Below, piece after piece: positions 1 to 12,840 of a stretch of 64,000 nucleotides of DNA (position 1 is the first letter of the stretch; each line of letters begins with the position of its first letter). The DNA is taken from contig NW_002060979.1 of assembly GCF_000150275.1 (NCBI RefSeq), positions 218,612 through 282,611 on the forward strand, read 5' to 3'. Source of the stretch: Trichoplax adhaerens. Lineage: Eukaryota; Animalia; Placozoa. The position numbers were made by a program, and so were the translations under genes. Below the pieces are notes generated by a model. It had not been told where the DNA came from. It worked only from the letters and a program-made list of their open reading frames with translations, and searched no databases.

Positions 1-22
1 GACTGATACAAATTGACGATAG

Positions 23-102
23 ATGAGAATTCTCTGGGACATGCATTGAATCAGTTTTATGTACGTGAAATTCGAACAAAATCAGTCTCGTTGCTGAGCT
101 AA
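23..102 (+). CDS. Possible terminal exon of a gene entering from the left of the window
   Basis: gatag acceptor at 21-22, then an open frame (D)ENSLGHALNQFYVREIRTKSVSLLS-TAA. It is short and no homology was recognised. Confidence 0.25.
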
Positions 103-377
103 GTATTGCTAACTAGAACTTATAACTAACGGAGTACTATTACGTACTCGAATTAGTCAAAGAGTAGTTTTAAGAATCAAATATTAAATCAAGTTGTTTA
201 GTAGTTACGGTAGAAATAATAGGAATGGAAAGATTCGAATTAAATAATCGACTACTTAGATTCTCAAGCTATTGTTAACTTTTACAAGTGATCTAATAAT
301 AATTTTAAATCGTTAAATTTAAGAAAGGTCAAGCCATGATATTGTGGGTTAACAGAAAATGATTAGCTGATCAAGTT

Positions 378-2069
378 TTACGCACATAATGAATAACCCA
401 ATCGAAATGTTGAAGAACCACTATTTGAACGAAGACGAGTATTTCGAAACTCAATAAATAAATTTCGACTGTGATGATGAATATATTTTGGATGGATAGT
501 GCCACAATATTCTTCGACCGTTGGCTCTGACCCATCTAAATTCGAAGAGAACCGCAGGTAATCTTCACAAACGCCATCAACTCGCGATGTCAAATTAAAA
601 TTAACGATGTTGATAATAATGGTATGGTCAGTTTTAGTAGTTAAAGTCCAGTTATATTTTGCTACGTCAGGAAATATTGGAGGATAGTAATCAGGTGGTT
701 GGATATAACCCGAATTGACTGAGGAAAGATCGACGTCAAAGTTTCCATGGCCTATAGAGAAAGAATCATGCGAAGATATCGTTCATGAGGAAATAATAAC
801 TTTGGATTAATCACAATTCTATTTTAAAACTACTCCGATTAAACAGTAACTAAGCTACGATTTTACTCTATGCTACTAGATTAAATCATGGAAAGATAGC
901 GTCCTTAAGGAAGTAATAGCTTTGGATTAATCGCTATACGATTTCAAGACTAGTCCAATTGAACAGCAACTAAGCTATGGCTTTACTCTATGCTACTAGA
1001 TTAAATCATACAAAGATATGATTCGTAAGGAATAGTAACCCTGGGTTAATCATAATTCTACTTCAAGGTTACATCAATCGAAAAGCAACTGAGTTACGGC
1101 TTCTCTATTTGCTACTAGATTTAAATCATGCAAAAAAATTTTTAAAGTATGTATTCTACTTAATTTTATCATCGTTCTACTCCAAGTATGACCTTCTTTT
1201 GATTTTTAGACATATCATAAACAAGGACGATTCCTGGATTTAGCTTAAAGTAAGCGTAAGTAAAGGCACCGAAGCTACTCTAGTAGAATATCTTCAATAA
1301 CTCTGTTTGCTAACTATTCCAACATTATCGAAGATTCTGCCATGCACTTGTATCCTCCATACATCAAGACTGCACAATATATTATGTATATAGATATGGA
1401 TACTTAGAATCACTTCTGAGAATCCTTATTGTAAGTTGTAATTATCTACCGAAGATTAGTGAGATGTAGCACAGACTTATTGCTATAATAGCTATCGTGG
1501 TAGGTCTACATGTAGGACATAGAAACCGAGTACATAGCATAAATAGAGTTCATTCTTTGCACAATCGTATGTTGAGAGATTTTTTTGATGCCTTACTCGC
1601 AATAGTTTTCTAATCTAAATTTCAATAGATATTATTTGCAGTGCTGTAAGCTATGTCTCTCATAACTACCTCTGGACAAGAATATCCAATTCTTACTCAT
1701 AGATTAGGTTGCGTCATTTAAGACACTAATAAATAATTGCAATTCTACTTTACAAGTAAAAACTTCGTAAATACTTTACAGGGATATATACAATAGATAG
1801 ATTACTAATCTTATGCTGGCTCCCTCAAATTACGTCTTTTCCAGGCACTTACCGTATGTAATTTGCTATAAAATTTCCACCAATGAATTGGTAGTAAGGT
1901 GCATAGAGAAAAAAGAAATTTCATTAGTCTATGATTCTTGATCAGGCGTAAACTAGAAGAGTTACAATAATGTTATCTTGAGCTATTTGCGAAGCCTTCT
2001 TTGGTAACTTACCAAGCATAATATGGACCATAAAAGATAACAGAAAATACCTTTTTGTTGTATATCCAT
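378..2069 (-). CDS. Secreted single-CUB-domain protein (~148 aa); exons 2069-2013, 1865-1853, 751-378
   Basis: The spliced frame reads MDIQQKGIFCYLLWSILCL|QITY-G|HGNFDVDLSSVNSGYIQPPDYYPPIFPDVAKYNWTLTT...IIINIVNFNL...CEDYLRF...YCG...SRNLFIEFR...FRLGY. Both donors are GTAAGT, both acceptors are TAG, and phases match (0 then 1). CUB hallmarks present: G-x-I-x-x-P-x-Y, W-x-L, C-x-D-Y-L, YCG, L-x-I-x-F, F-x-L-x-Y. Confidence 0.75.
765..1130. repeat. Diverged tandem repeat, 120-bp period, 3 copies, inside intron 2 of the CUB gene
   Basis: atcatg/atcata recurs at 765, 885, 1005 and 1125. Shared blocks are tttggattaatc, aaacagyaactaagcta and tactctatgctactagattaaatcat. Confidence 0.9.
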
Positions 2070-5000
2070 TTTAGATAGGAAAAAGTATTATGGAATTATA
2101 GCTGCTTGTTGCGAACTGAAATAATAAAACCTGGCTCTTAGTTAATACAGAATTCAATTAAATGTTATTATTAATGAAAAGGTAGGAATAATTTTTACTA
2201 AATGCAATGCTGTGTAGTATGGTAGGATATATAAAGTATTATTAAAGTATACTTTTAAATAGATCATGAGATAAAACATGCTCTCATATATCGCTTTCAT
2301 GAAATAATAGGTATTTCTTCCATGGATACTACATGGCTTATAAAAGGCTAAAAATTGGATCTTAAGATTGCAAACGGTAAATTTGCATTCTACTCCAGAA
2401 TTTAGTTCAAAAAATTATATGGGTACAAACATAGTAACACATACAAGTTTAGTTTTGTATATGAATGCTATATCGATGCAGAACTACTTGTGCCTGTACG
2501 ATTTGTAAATTGATATTAACGTAATAGTTCTAATTTCATGAACTTTATTTGATAGCAAACAAGGGCTTTCGTCAGCTCAATAACTGAATGTTTTAAATAG
2601 TAGTATCGGAAGTATCAGAATTTAATAACCATTTTAGGCTAGATTTCAACATTTTTGATGATATAGGAGTAACTAAGGCCACGGGAGAACGTCTAGGTAC
2701 TTAGTTTTATCCACAAACAAATCGAGAATCAATGAAACAGATGGTGCTACTTCATAAAATGTTATAGATGACAAGAAGCCAGAGTAAGACCATATAACGG
2801 CGATTTAAGTAGGTTTACTGCATTCTCTTAGAATTTAATGCAGAAGGGCTGTCTGTAAGTATAATATGAAGGTACCCTTGTAAATGACATTAGTCATAAC
2901 TGGATACCATTGCGATAGAGGAATAGGAATTAGATAAATTCCTAGCACCTTTCACTAGCTTTGTAGACTCTAACAGCGAATAAGGCGTTGAAATTCGGTC
3001 TCATGGTGAGAATTTTAATTGATGCTATTTTATTATGTGTAACGAAGTTGACTGTGTGTTAGGCTATACGTTAGTGTTTGTATGGTAAAGGTGTTAATAG
3101 TCTATAAAGTAACACCTGTAAAGTAGATAACAAGTAATAAACGCAGAAGCAAGCATCAATTTTATAGGCGGCAACAGCCAGTAGAAAATTAATTTTGATT
3201 ACGACGGGCGAAGATCTATAATTTATGCTACTATGGTACCTCGCTGTTCTTTCTAGCTGGAGATTATGCATAGTTGATATGTTGTATTTCATATGAAACA
3301 AGCATAAGGAAGAATAAAAATAGCGTTTAAAATGCATTCTCATTAACTTTTGTTAGCCTATCACTAGATCCTTGATAAAAGCAAGTATCTATAGCGATGA
3401 TAACCTTATTCCCTATTAAATGAGTTTAAAGCATTGGATTACCGGTGATTCCTGGTAGAACGTTGCAAGGCTTTTGCTAGAGATAGTTTATTTTAATATA
3501 GATCGTCGTAGCGACCACTGATAGCTTTATCGGAATACAGTTCTATAAATATTAGATTCATTTAGAAATTAATCTAATGACTAATAATCTCGCTGTTATA
3601 AGGCAAGCATAAATTATTTTATGCGTAGGAGATGATTGATAGGCTTATTGACAAAAAAGCTGTAATATCTTCTGTTATAAGAAAAAGAATCGTTTTCTAT
3701 TGAGTGCCATCAGAAAAATACTAAAACATATGTTTTATAACTTTAATAAATGTCGAGATAGGTGCCAACTTAAGTATGATATTATGTATCTTATTCCATA
3801 TGTTAGTAGCTACGGATGGAAATACATGAATTTCGAGAATGATTAATGCGGGGAGAGTGAGAAATTATGTGTTGTCATCATGCGACTGCAAAAAACCTAT
3901 TATTTAATAAGATAGAGAAATTTTATTGAATAAGAAGCTCGAGAAGATCCTAATTCGTTGCACTAGAAGTTATGGTCTAAACAAATCGATATAATTTTAG
4001 ACCTTATAAACATAATATTACTTTCTTTTATCCATTAATTATTTTTTAAGTAGTATGAAACTTTAATATAGCTTAATAGCCTGATAATTATTAGGTGCGT
4101 TCAAATATCAATGATCGCAAATTTTAGATACGATTAGATCTATTAAATATCTAGATAAAGTTATTTATATTTTTTGGATTCAATAGCAATTTTACAAGAG
4201 ATTAAACCTTTTTCATCTACCGCACTTCTATAAGCCTAGAAATTGAATACTATCTGAAAACTGAGCTACAACGGCTTGGTTTGATTATTCATAAAGTGTA
4301 GCGATTTCCGACAATTAATAAAATATGTAAATTTTAAGTATTAATAGCAAGTTCCGGATTTATCTATCACTGAGGATGATTAGTAAATAGCTACATTAAA
4401 ATTTTCGCTTTAATGTTAAAAAATATTTAAGTGATTTTACAGGCAAAAATATTTACTATTGAAGCCTATAATAAAGCAGCTAGTGAATTGGAATAATAAG
4501 GTAATCATAAACATCAAGATACAGTTTTTCTGATAATATCATAACCTATCCAGTTTAAATTGCACTTGAATAGTTACTACTACATTTGACACTACTAACA
4601 GGTCATTTTATTACGGTTCTGTATAGTTGTTTGCAGTTGCTAAGTTTTTTACAGAATATTGCAGTGATTAATTTTTATCACAGGACCAGCTTTTTTCATA
4701 TTTTGTAGCAGCGTACTAACAATGCCTATGAAAAAAGCAATATATCGTAATTTATTAGTATAGTAGAATGATTTAGAAATTTAATTTATTAAACGAATTA
4801 ACTATTTCCGGAGGCATTATTAGATTACAAGTTGGATAATTTAAAATTCTTTATTTTCGCCGTTGAAATAGAATCTTTCGGTAGAATGAATTCATATTTT
4901 TTGTCAGCTTTTATTAAATATCAATATTTCATGTATCAGTAGTATTCAACCATAACTCATTATTTTGATAGTAAACGGTTAATAATAAATAATTAATATG

Positions 5001-8000
5001 ATGATGAACTGAAAAAGAATAAGCTTATGAATACCAGTCCTTTTAATAAACAAATCGACAACGAATTCATTGCTATAATCTTAAAATTTATTTTTGATCA
5101 TTAACGAACTTAGTAATCTTAACTTATAAGCATCAGTTGGACAATAATATTGCATCTAAATTGCGAAAAATGTTTTCTGAAAATATATAATAAAATCTGA
5201 AGAATAAATGGCTGCTTATATAAATTTTAAGAAAATTTTTAAAGGTGCTCTATAATTTGTTTTCATTGCCGTTTATTTCTTAAAAATAGACTGTCTATAT
5301 TTTGCAGAAATAATGACATTCAAATCTTGTGTACGATAAATTATGTTAGATTTTTGTTTCTAATATTATGTGTAATTTCAATATGATATCTAGCTGAGCG
5401 TATTACTGCGTTAAAATCAATGAACTGTAATCCTCGAAAGTTAAATAAAATTGATATATTATAATATGTTCATATTCCAGGTACAAATTTTGATGGTAAG
5501 CCGTTCTAATGGTCTGTCATCACTCAACTGGCAAGAACTTTAACTCATTATTTCATTAAATCGATCAACATGCAGTTTAAAGCCTTAAACATCATAATTT
5601 AATTTAGATGTTTGAATATTGCCCTCGTTAAAAGAATTTAGGACCAATATTTAATCGCATATCAAATTTAAAATTTCATTTTAGTAAGTCATATAGTATG
5701 GAAATATAAAATTGTATAAATAAAAGACGAAAATTACTTAAAAAGATTTTTATTATTTTACTCGAACAGCATGAATATTAAGGATATTCGATGCCAATCA
5801 AGAAGATGAAAACAAATTTAGGTGAATATTTTTGGTTACTTAGTTCAGCGAGTGGCAGTTTCCACTTATTAAATTAATTGTAGAGGATAAATTATAAACC
5901 TATCAGTGATACAGATTGTTAGGATGGCCATAAGATCTATAATTCTACTTGTGATTCCTTGTGGTCTTTATGAGTGCAATGTAAACTACTGTGTAACTCT
6001 CCTACGAAAATATGAACTTGATTAGGAATCTACTTATCTGGAGTTGGCAATAGACACATGGCTTAAATGAATATTAAGTGTAATTAATACTTCTATGATT
6101 GTATAATAGCAGCTAGGATTTTATTTATCTGCATACTGAAGTAGAGATCGATGGATAGCTGAAATGAAAGCTTCTGTAATTTATGTTGTTCCTTTTGCAA
6201 GGCGATAAATATTACGATCTTACTTTTCTAAAATACGGATACATAATTCTACGAAAAAATGAATGAAATGGTGTCACAACCCTCACTTGTGGCAAAGGAA
6301 AGTAAAGAACTCTAGTGTAGTTACTTAAAACTTGGGCTATTTCTCCCAGTACTTTCAGTTTCTATGAGAGAAGTATTTGAGAACTCGATTTCTCGGCTGA
6401 TCTCCACAGACAACTGACTAATTATTACACTATTCTTCACGATATAAGTCTTGCCGTTTCTTGAGCAATTACTTACTTTATTCTACAAACACACGCGCTT
6501 AAATAGGTTTCTACAGTGAATTCCAATATTAACGAGTGAGAATTCATGCTTTACAAGTTACATTAATTAGTATAATACCATTACTAAATATACATGTCGA
6601 TATTCTCAGACTTAGATAGCTACAAGCTATCAGGTGTTAAGACGCTTAACCTTCGTCCATATACAGCTCAATTTTTAGAGATTAACACACCTTATAAACC
6701 TACAGTAAATTAACTGCTAACAACTTCTATTTTTATCTCATTTCTACCATCCTATTATCAGCTACAAGCGCATTAAAACATAGCATATAACCTTATCTTA
6801 TCTATTCATAAGCATTCATTAATTTACAGTTACTTAATTAGTAACGGCGTACCGTGACAAATGGTTGCAATTGCTATTAATTGATTTGCAACCTTTCTCT
6901 ATTAATGTAATTAAGATTAGAATATTTTACTATTCCGGTGCAATAAATGCACAAGTTGACAGTACTACAAGAAATTATATTAATTTGCATAATTTCTACT
7001 TTAATATACAGTAACTGACATAAGAATTTTACTGTTCCTGATTAATAGATAGATGAATAAATGATTAAATTAGCTATAAATTATATTATCCTAAAGTATG
7101 GATACTCTCCAACTAATATTTTTCTAATTGTTATTTTTAATATTCTGTAGAAATAGAATAAACGATAAAGGATGAACAGGAAAACATCCTCGTAATTATT
7201 ATTACTTTCTCTGTGTTGGGGAGGTTAGAATTTTGGTTTCTGAATGTGGATAAAACATGATTATTATGACTAGAATGCCTAGAAATTACATTAATTGGCA
7301 ATTAACGGTCTTCTGTGAATATAAAGGTGTTTGAAATGCGATTATTCTACGGCAATAGATTTGGAAAAAAGTTTAGAAATTTTACTTATTACGGTTTAAT
7401 TCTCTCATGGAAATACAATTGAGATTGGGATCGTAAATGGTGTAGCAATAGATATAAATTAATAAAATGAATATAACTTACGCTAATTAAGGTGAATGAT
7501 TCTTAAGCTAAATATTATGCAAACTAGAATTAAATTACTCTAGGTATTATTTATTCTGTTTTCGATAGCACTGAACGAGTTGACGACAACTTGAGGCTGA
7601 TAGATTTATTTCTAGTCGTTGAACTACCCAAAATGTACTTTATTACAAATACCACGATATGATACTAGAAGTTAAAGTTATTGGTATCTAAGCTTGGTTG
7701 ATGCTATCGTCTTTGAAGTACTGTTACTCAAACTGATATAGAAGCTTGTTTAGTTATAATTGATTATCAGATTGATTTGACTTTGGTGAGCAATTGTTCC
7801 CTTGTGGGATCGAATAAATGAAATCCATCGGCTTGATTCTATGTATGATGAAATGCATTAATAGTAATATTTTATTGGGTTCTTACAGCTTTCCTTTGAT
7901 TTACAGTGAAAAAGAATCAAACATAGTGTATGGAGGAAAATGTATGTTTATCGGTCCTTATCGTTGATTAGGACACAAGAACGGATTTGACAGAAAAATG

Positions 8001-11000
8001 CATCGAGTTCCATTATCCTGCTTAAGAAAATGATGATGTTGTATTTTGCCTCCAGCATTTATGCCATGAAACAGTAGTCCATCAAATTGATTATTCTGAC
8101 ATGAATAGCTGATTAATGGTTATCCTTTATCTTACTTGAGTCATAAATTATCTACTGTATAATATCATTTATTAGCCATAAATGGGATCAATCTACTGCT
8201 ATTTTTCTCAATTTTGAATTATTATTGGTTGGCTAATTTTATTGTTGTTGTTTAGTAACGCTCGCTTATTGATTGAGATTGCTTTGATCTTTGCCTCTTT
8301 TATTTTTGTAAGCTAGGGCTTGATCCAATATGGGTTGATTATTATTTTTGTTATCCTTTTCTTTCCGCACTTGCTAATTGATGAAGAGGTGGGGAATTTA
8401 TTTTCGTTGAGTAAATAGTCATGATATGTTGATCTATAGACATTCGTCATTACTTATTAATCGACTAGTTGTTTCTGATGACCATCTGTACGCGATGCTA
8501 CTATCTTTTTTTATTCTTCCCTTTTATTCCATTCAAAATATGTGTCTCTAGTTATATTTTATTGATATCGACGATGACCAGTTTTCAATATTAAATTCAA
8601 TATTAACACAAGAGTCTATGGCTGAATAGTAAAAGGTGACGGTAGTCATCAAATATGGATATCAAATTAAAAATTGTAATTAAGCTTGTGACGTGATTAA
8701 TCGCCATTAAATTTAGCTTACCGCTAAAGAGAAAAAAAATTATTTAAGATAACTATCGTGCATATGAAGGATCGAAGCATATTTCTGTTAATTATTTTTA
8801 TTTATTTTTTTTTGAATAATTGATATCATAATTAATTTCTAGATCCTGGTCTATGTTGGCTTTTATTAATAAATAAACAATGATGATATCTGTATCGATA
8901 GAAGAAAGCGCCATTGATCCGCGATTATGCATTCAAGTGTACTGTAATTTATTAATTTTAAAGTGTTACGTACTTTAATTACTATCAATTCCTTCTCCAA
9001 ATGATCTATTATTTAAATAACACACAACGAGGATAAGATCACTAATTAAAAAATTCATGATATTATGACACGATCAGCACACTGGAATAGGTTATTCTGT
9101 ATTATCTTGAGGAACAGGGTGTTCTTTTACCATCAGTTCTTATAATTGTTACTACCTGCAAACAATGTGAAGATACGTCCTTACGATCACGGTTAATGAA
9201 TGAATTGATCAAGTTGTTTAGGATAAAATAGTGTCGTAGGTTAAGCATAGGGTAGCTTGATAAATATACACAATTACTACATTTTACTTGGCTACTGTAT
9301 CTCGGAAAAGAAGAGGTAGAATAGTTAAGAATCTTAACTTAAGGTTGCTTTCATGGTATAATTTTCATCGTAATTTGATCCCTTAGCTTTCGTTGTTGTA
9401 AATGCAGTCGATTAAATGTTAATAGTAACAATTTATTACTCATTTCCTATAAGTTTATTGTTTCATATTTTGACATAGTATGATTGTTGGTACTTTCTAA
9501 AATAGACTATAACATTTTTAATACGTTATATTCTACGTACTTTAGCAAGTACCGACGATCATGCTATAAAGCTCAATTTGAGGTAGCTAATTAGTGTCAA
9601 TATTGGCTAATTTTAGTGATAATCCTGCTGGTATCAGCAGGAGCTAATAACTTCAATATCATTACCTAATCAACAACTTTACCTTGTCTAAATTGGAATA
9701 GTGAAATACATATAGTCTGAATTATGAATTCTGATATCTTTATTTCCTTGCATTTAGACAATTAATGCGGAAATGATGAAATTGATACCCTACTATTTGT
9801 CTATCAATTGGTACTGGATAATTCTTTGTCTAAAACAGAAGCGATTAAAATTAGAATGTAGAATGATATTACCGTAGATTATCAGTTTAGGCTTTAGTTT
9901 AATAGAAAGTCTATCTTGATCGTTAGATTAGGTAGTGCAGGGTATTTTTTATCATCATATCAAACTATTAAAACTTTTTATTGATGAGCACAGTTGGATA
10001 ACGATATTGTCGCAGTAATCAACTGTATTGATTGAAAATATTCATAATTTTAATTTAATGTCTTTGGGCATGGCTGTCCGTTAGTTTTGGTTTTCTGAAG
10101 TAGGATTTTAGGTTCTTTCAATGCATGCTGTCCAATTCGCCAGTTCCATGATGAATCAAATATGTAATTGATAGAATGTAGTATAAAAGGGTAAACTAAC
10201 CTACGGATAAACTAACCTATTTTATTTACTGACTCCGAAATTATGAGTCTGCCTTAAGTTATACATCTACATACGATCACTGTTAAATTGATCAAAATTC
10301 AATACTAAAGTAATTATATAATATACCTAGAGCCGGTATGAATATCTATATGAAAGAGAAGGCTAATGATATAAAAGGATATTATTTAACTGGATCATGG
10401 CGCATGCCGTTTGCTGAACAATATCTACCGTTGTGACATGTCCATCACCGTTATTTACTCCTTTTATTCTTTTATTGTTGCATGTTTTAATTTCTATACT
10501 ATGAGTAATATTGATATAGATTGTATATACTGTATATATTATAACATTTCACGTCATTTTTGAATCACAGGAGTTTATCTAAAGAGAGAAAGAAAAAATG
10601 AATAATACTAAAGACAAATGGGATATAGTGGTACTAACGTATATTGTGTAGTGTAACATGATGGAAAAGATAGCATAAGAAAAGTTGGCTATTCCATTTA
10701 AACAATAACTTGCCATTGAATCTTTTCTTCAGTATGATCTCAACACTACAAGACTATTAATCATCGTGTTTGATATCAATAGCTTAGTTCAAGACAATAA
10801 AAATGCCGTAGAATTTTAAATTAGTCGTTTAATTTAAATGTTAAGTTTGTAGTAATGGCCACCCGTTGGGCCTAAGCTATCAAAAGCGGCATGGGGTAGA
10901 TTAGCTTAGTATGAAATTGAAACGTTGTATTGATTTAATTTGTCAGGAAATAGGAGTCTGTTGTGAAACTGACTAGAGTACAAAATTAATATTATCCTGT

Positions 11001-12840
11001 ACCGATGAGCGAGTTTCGATGGTTAAGAGTAGAGAAGAGAGAGGAAAGAGGGAGAGCTGCATGATACTATCGATGCTATTGTTGTCTATTTCTATAAATC
11101 AGTCGGCATAGACAGTGCAAATCGCATACGTGTATTACCTATACGTGATTACTGCCATGTTTTATTAGTGTAGTAATTTTATATCACAAGTAAATATATT
11201 CGATTAAATGGAGAGAGATTGAAATAGGATAATGTTACTTAGAGTTCTAGATGAATATGAATGTATAACATGACAAATGGAACTGTTTCAATGATACTAT
11301 TGATATGTTTGATACTGGATCAAATTCTTCCTTTCTTATTGGATCAAGAATGGTCATTCTGACTTTGATCCTAACTTGTAACTTTCCCTTTCATGACTAT
11401 CTTCATTTCCGTATTTAATTAAAGTAGAATTTGTCAGTATTTTCTTACTGTTTATGAACAATATAGGTCACATATTATAAAGCGAGAGATAAGATGAGGA
11501 GGTTATTCATTTAAATTATTTACTTATTGTTGCCATTTGACTCATAGGGTATTCTATTGAGAGATGAGTCTAACGTTTGGTATGCTATTGATCTATATTC
11601 TTTTAAAATTATTTTTACTTTTTATTACGGTAGATATTTCATTGAACAAAATATTGAGTAGATTGACGAAGATTAAGTTGGTATGCAAGTAGAGTACTGA
11701 TTACTATTAGAATATCGAAGGGGATCGTAAAGTGGTTATCATTGTGGAAAATTTGTGGCTGACTCATTAATATATAACTCTTTCATTGTTATGACAGTGT
11801 AGCAATTTTAAAAAATAGTCTAGTTCTTCAATACGATCGGCGCTAGAAACTACTTCAACTTGGTAATTTCATCTTCAAGATGGCCAGTCAAAAAAAAATA
11901 AAAGATATCCATTGCCCTTATCGATCGTAGTACAGTATCAATCGCTGTCAATGATGGAAATCAATTCTGTTTTGTTCTAGTTGCAATCTAATTGTGATTG
12001 ATTGAACATAGGGTGAACGACAACAAACTTTGTCAACAGTCTACCGCACATGTACTTGAGTTTGTATTGCTCAATGGGTCAGTCATGATAATGATCTTGA
12101 CATGCAAAATGTTGTGTTGATATTTTTTTTGAACGTTAATAAATATCTTAACGATTGTCCACATTGGAAAATTAAATTATTTTCATCTGTCGTCTACGTA
12201 TCTTCCATGACTATCAACTTGGTGATGGTGTATTATCGATTAATTAAACGTAGACAAAGTTCAACATTTCAAAGTGTTGAAAAGGCCTCGAGGACAATAG
12301 TGATCGTCCTTTTATGATGTTAATGTTATCTAGTTAACATATAAATGAGTTCTTTTACCCTCCCATGGACGTTGTTAGCCTATTGTTCATGGGGGCGGAG
12401 GCAAATTATTATCTAAATATAGCGTGTGTTAAGAAAAAATAGATCGCCCTCAATAGTGCTACAGTATACAGTCATAAGTGGGTTATAGTAGCAAGAATGA
12501 TTCACAATCGATTGAATTGGATGTCATCGATGGATGACAATAAGGGTGGCACATTTTTTCAAAATAGTCTATTACTTATGATGGCTATTAGTCATTGTTG
12601 AATTTCAAGGAAGAGCTTGCAATAGGGTAAAAGGAAGTGCGCGTAGAAAAGTTGTTGTATCTTTGCCTATTGTTAGTTCCTCAATGATTGATTAGATTGT
12701 GTATAGATAACGGTACAATCGATCAATTTCAAGATTTTGATTTGATTTGAGATGAAATAAAGATAAAATTTATTTTCTGCTCAGTTATAATTTGAATTGT
12801 GTGCCATGCTTGATTTACGTCCATATTGAGATAGGTAGAG

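Noticed and set aside
3071-3343. 90-aa minus-strand ORF and similar 60-75-aa ORFs in the intergenic AT-rich regions
   Set aside because: Their composition is typical of random AT-rich DNA, with no domains or exon chain.
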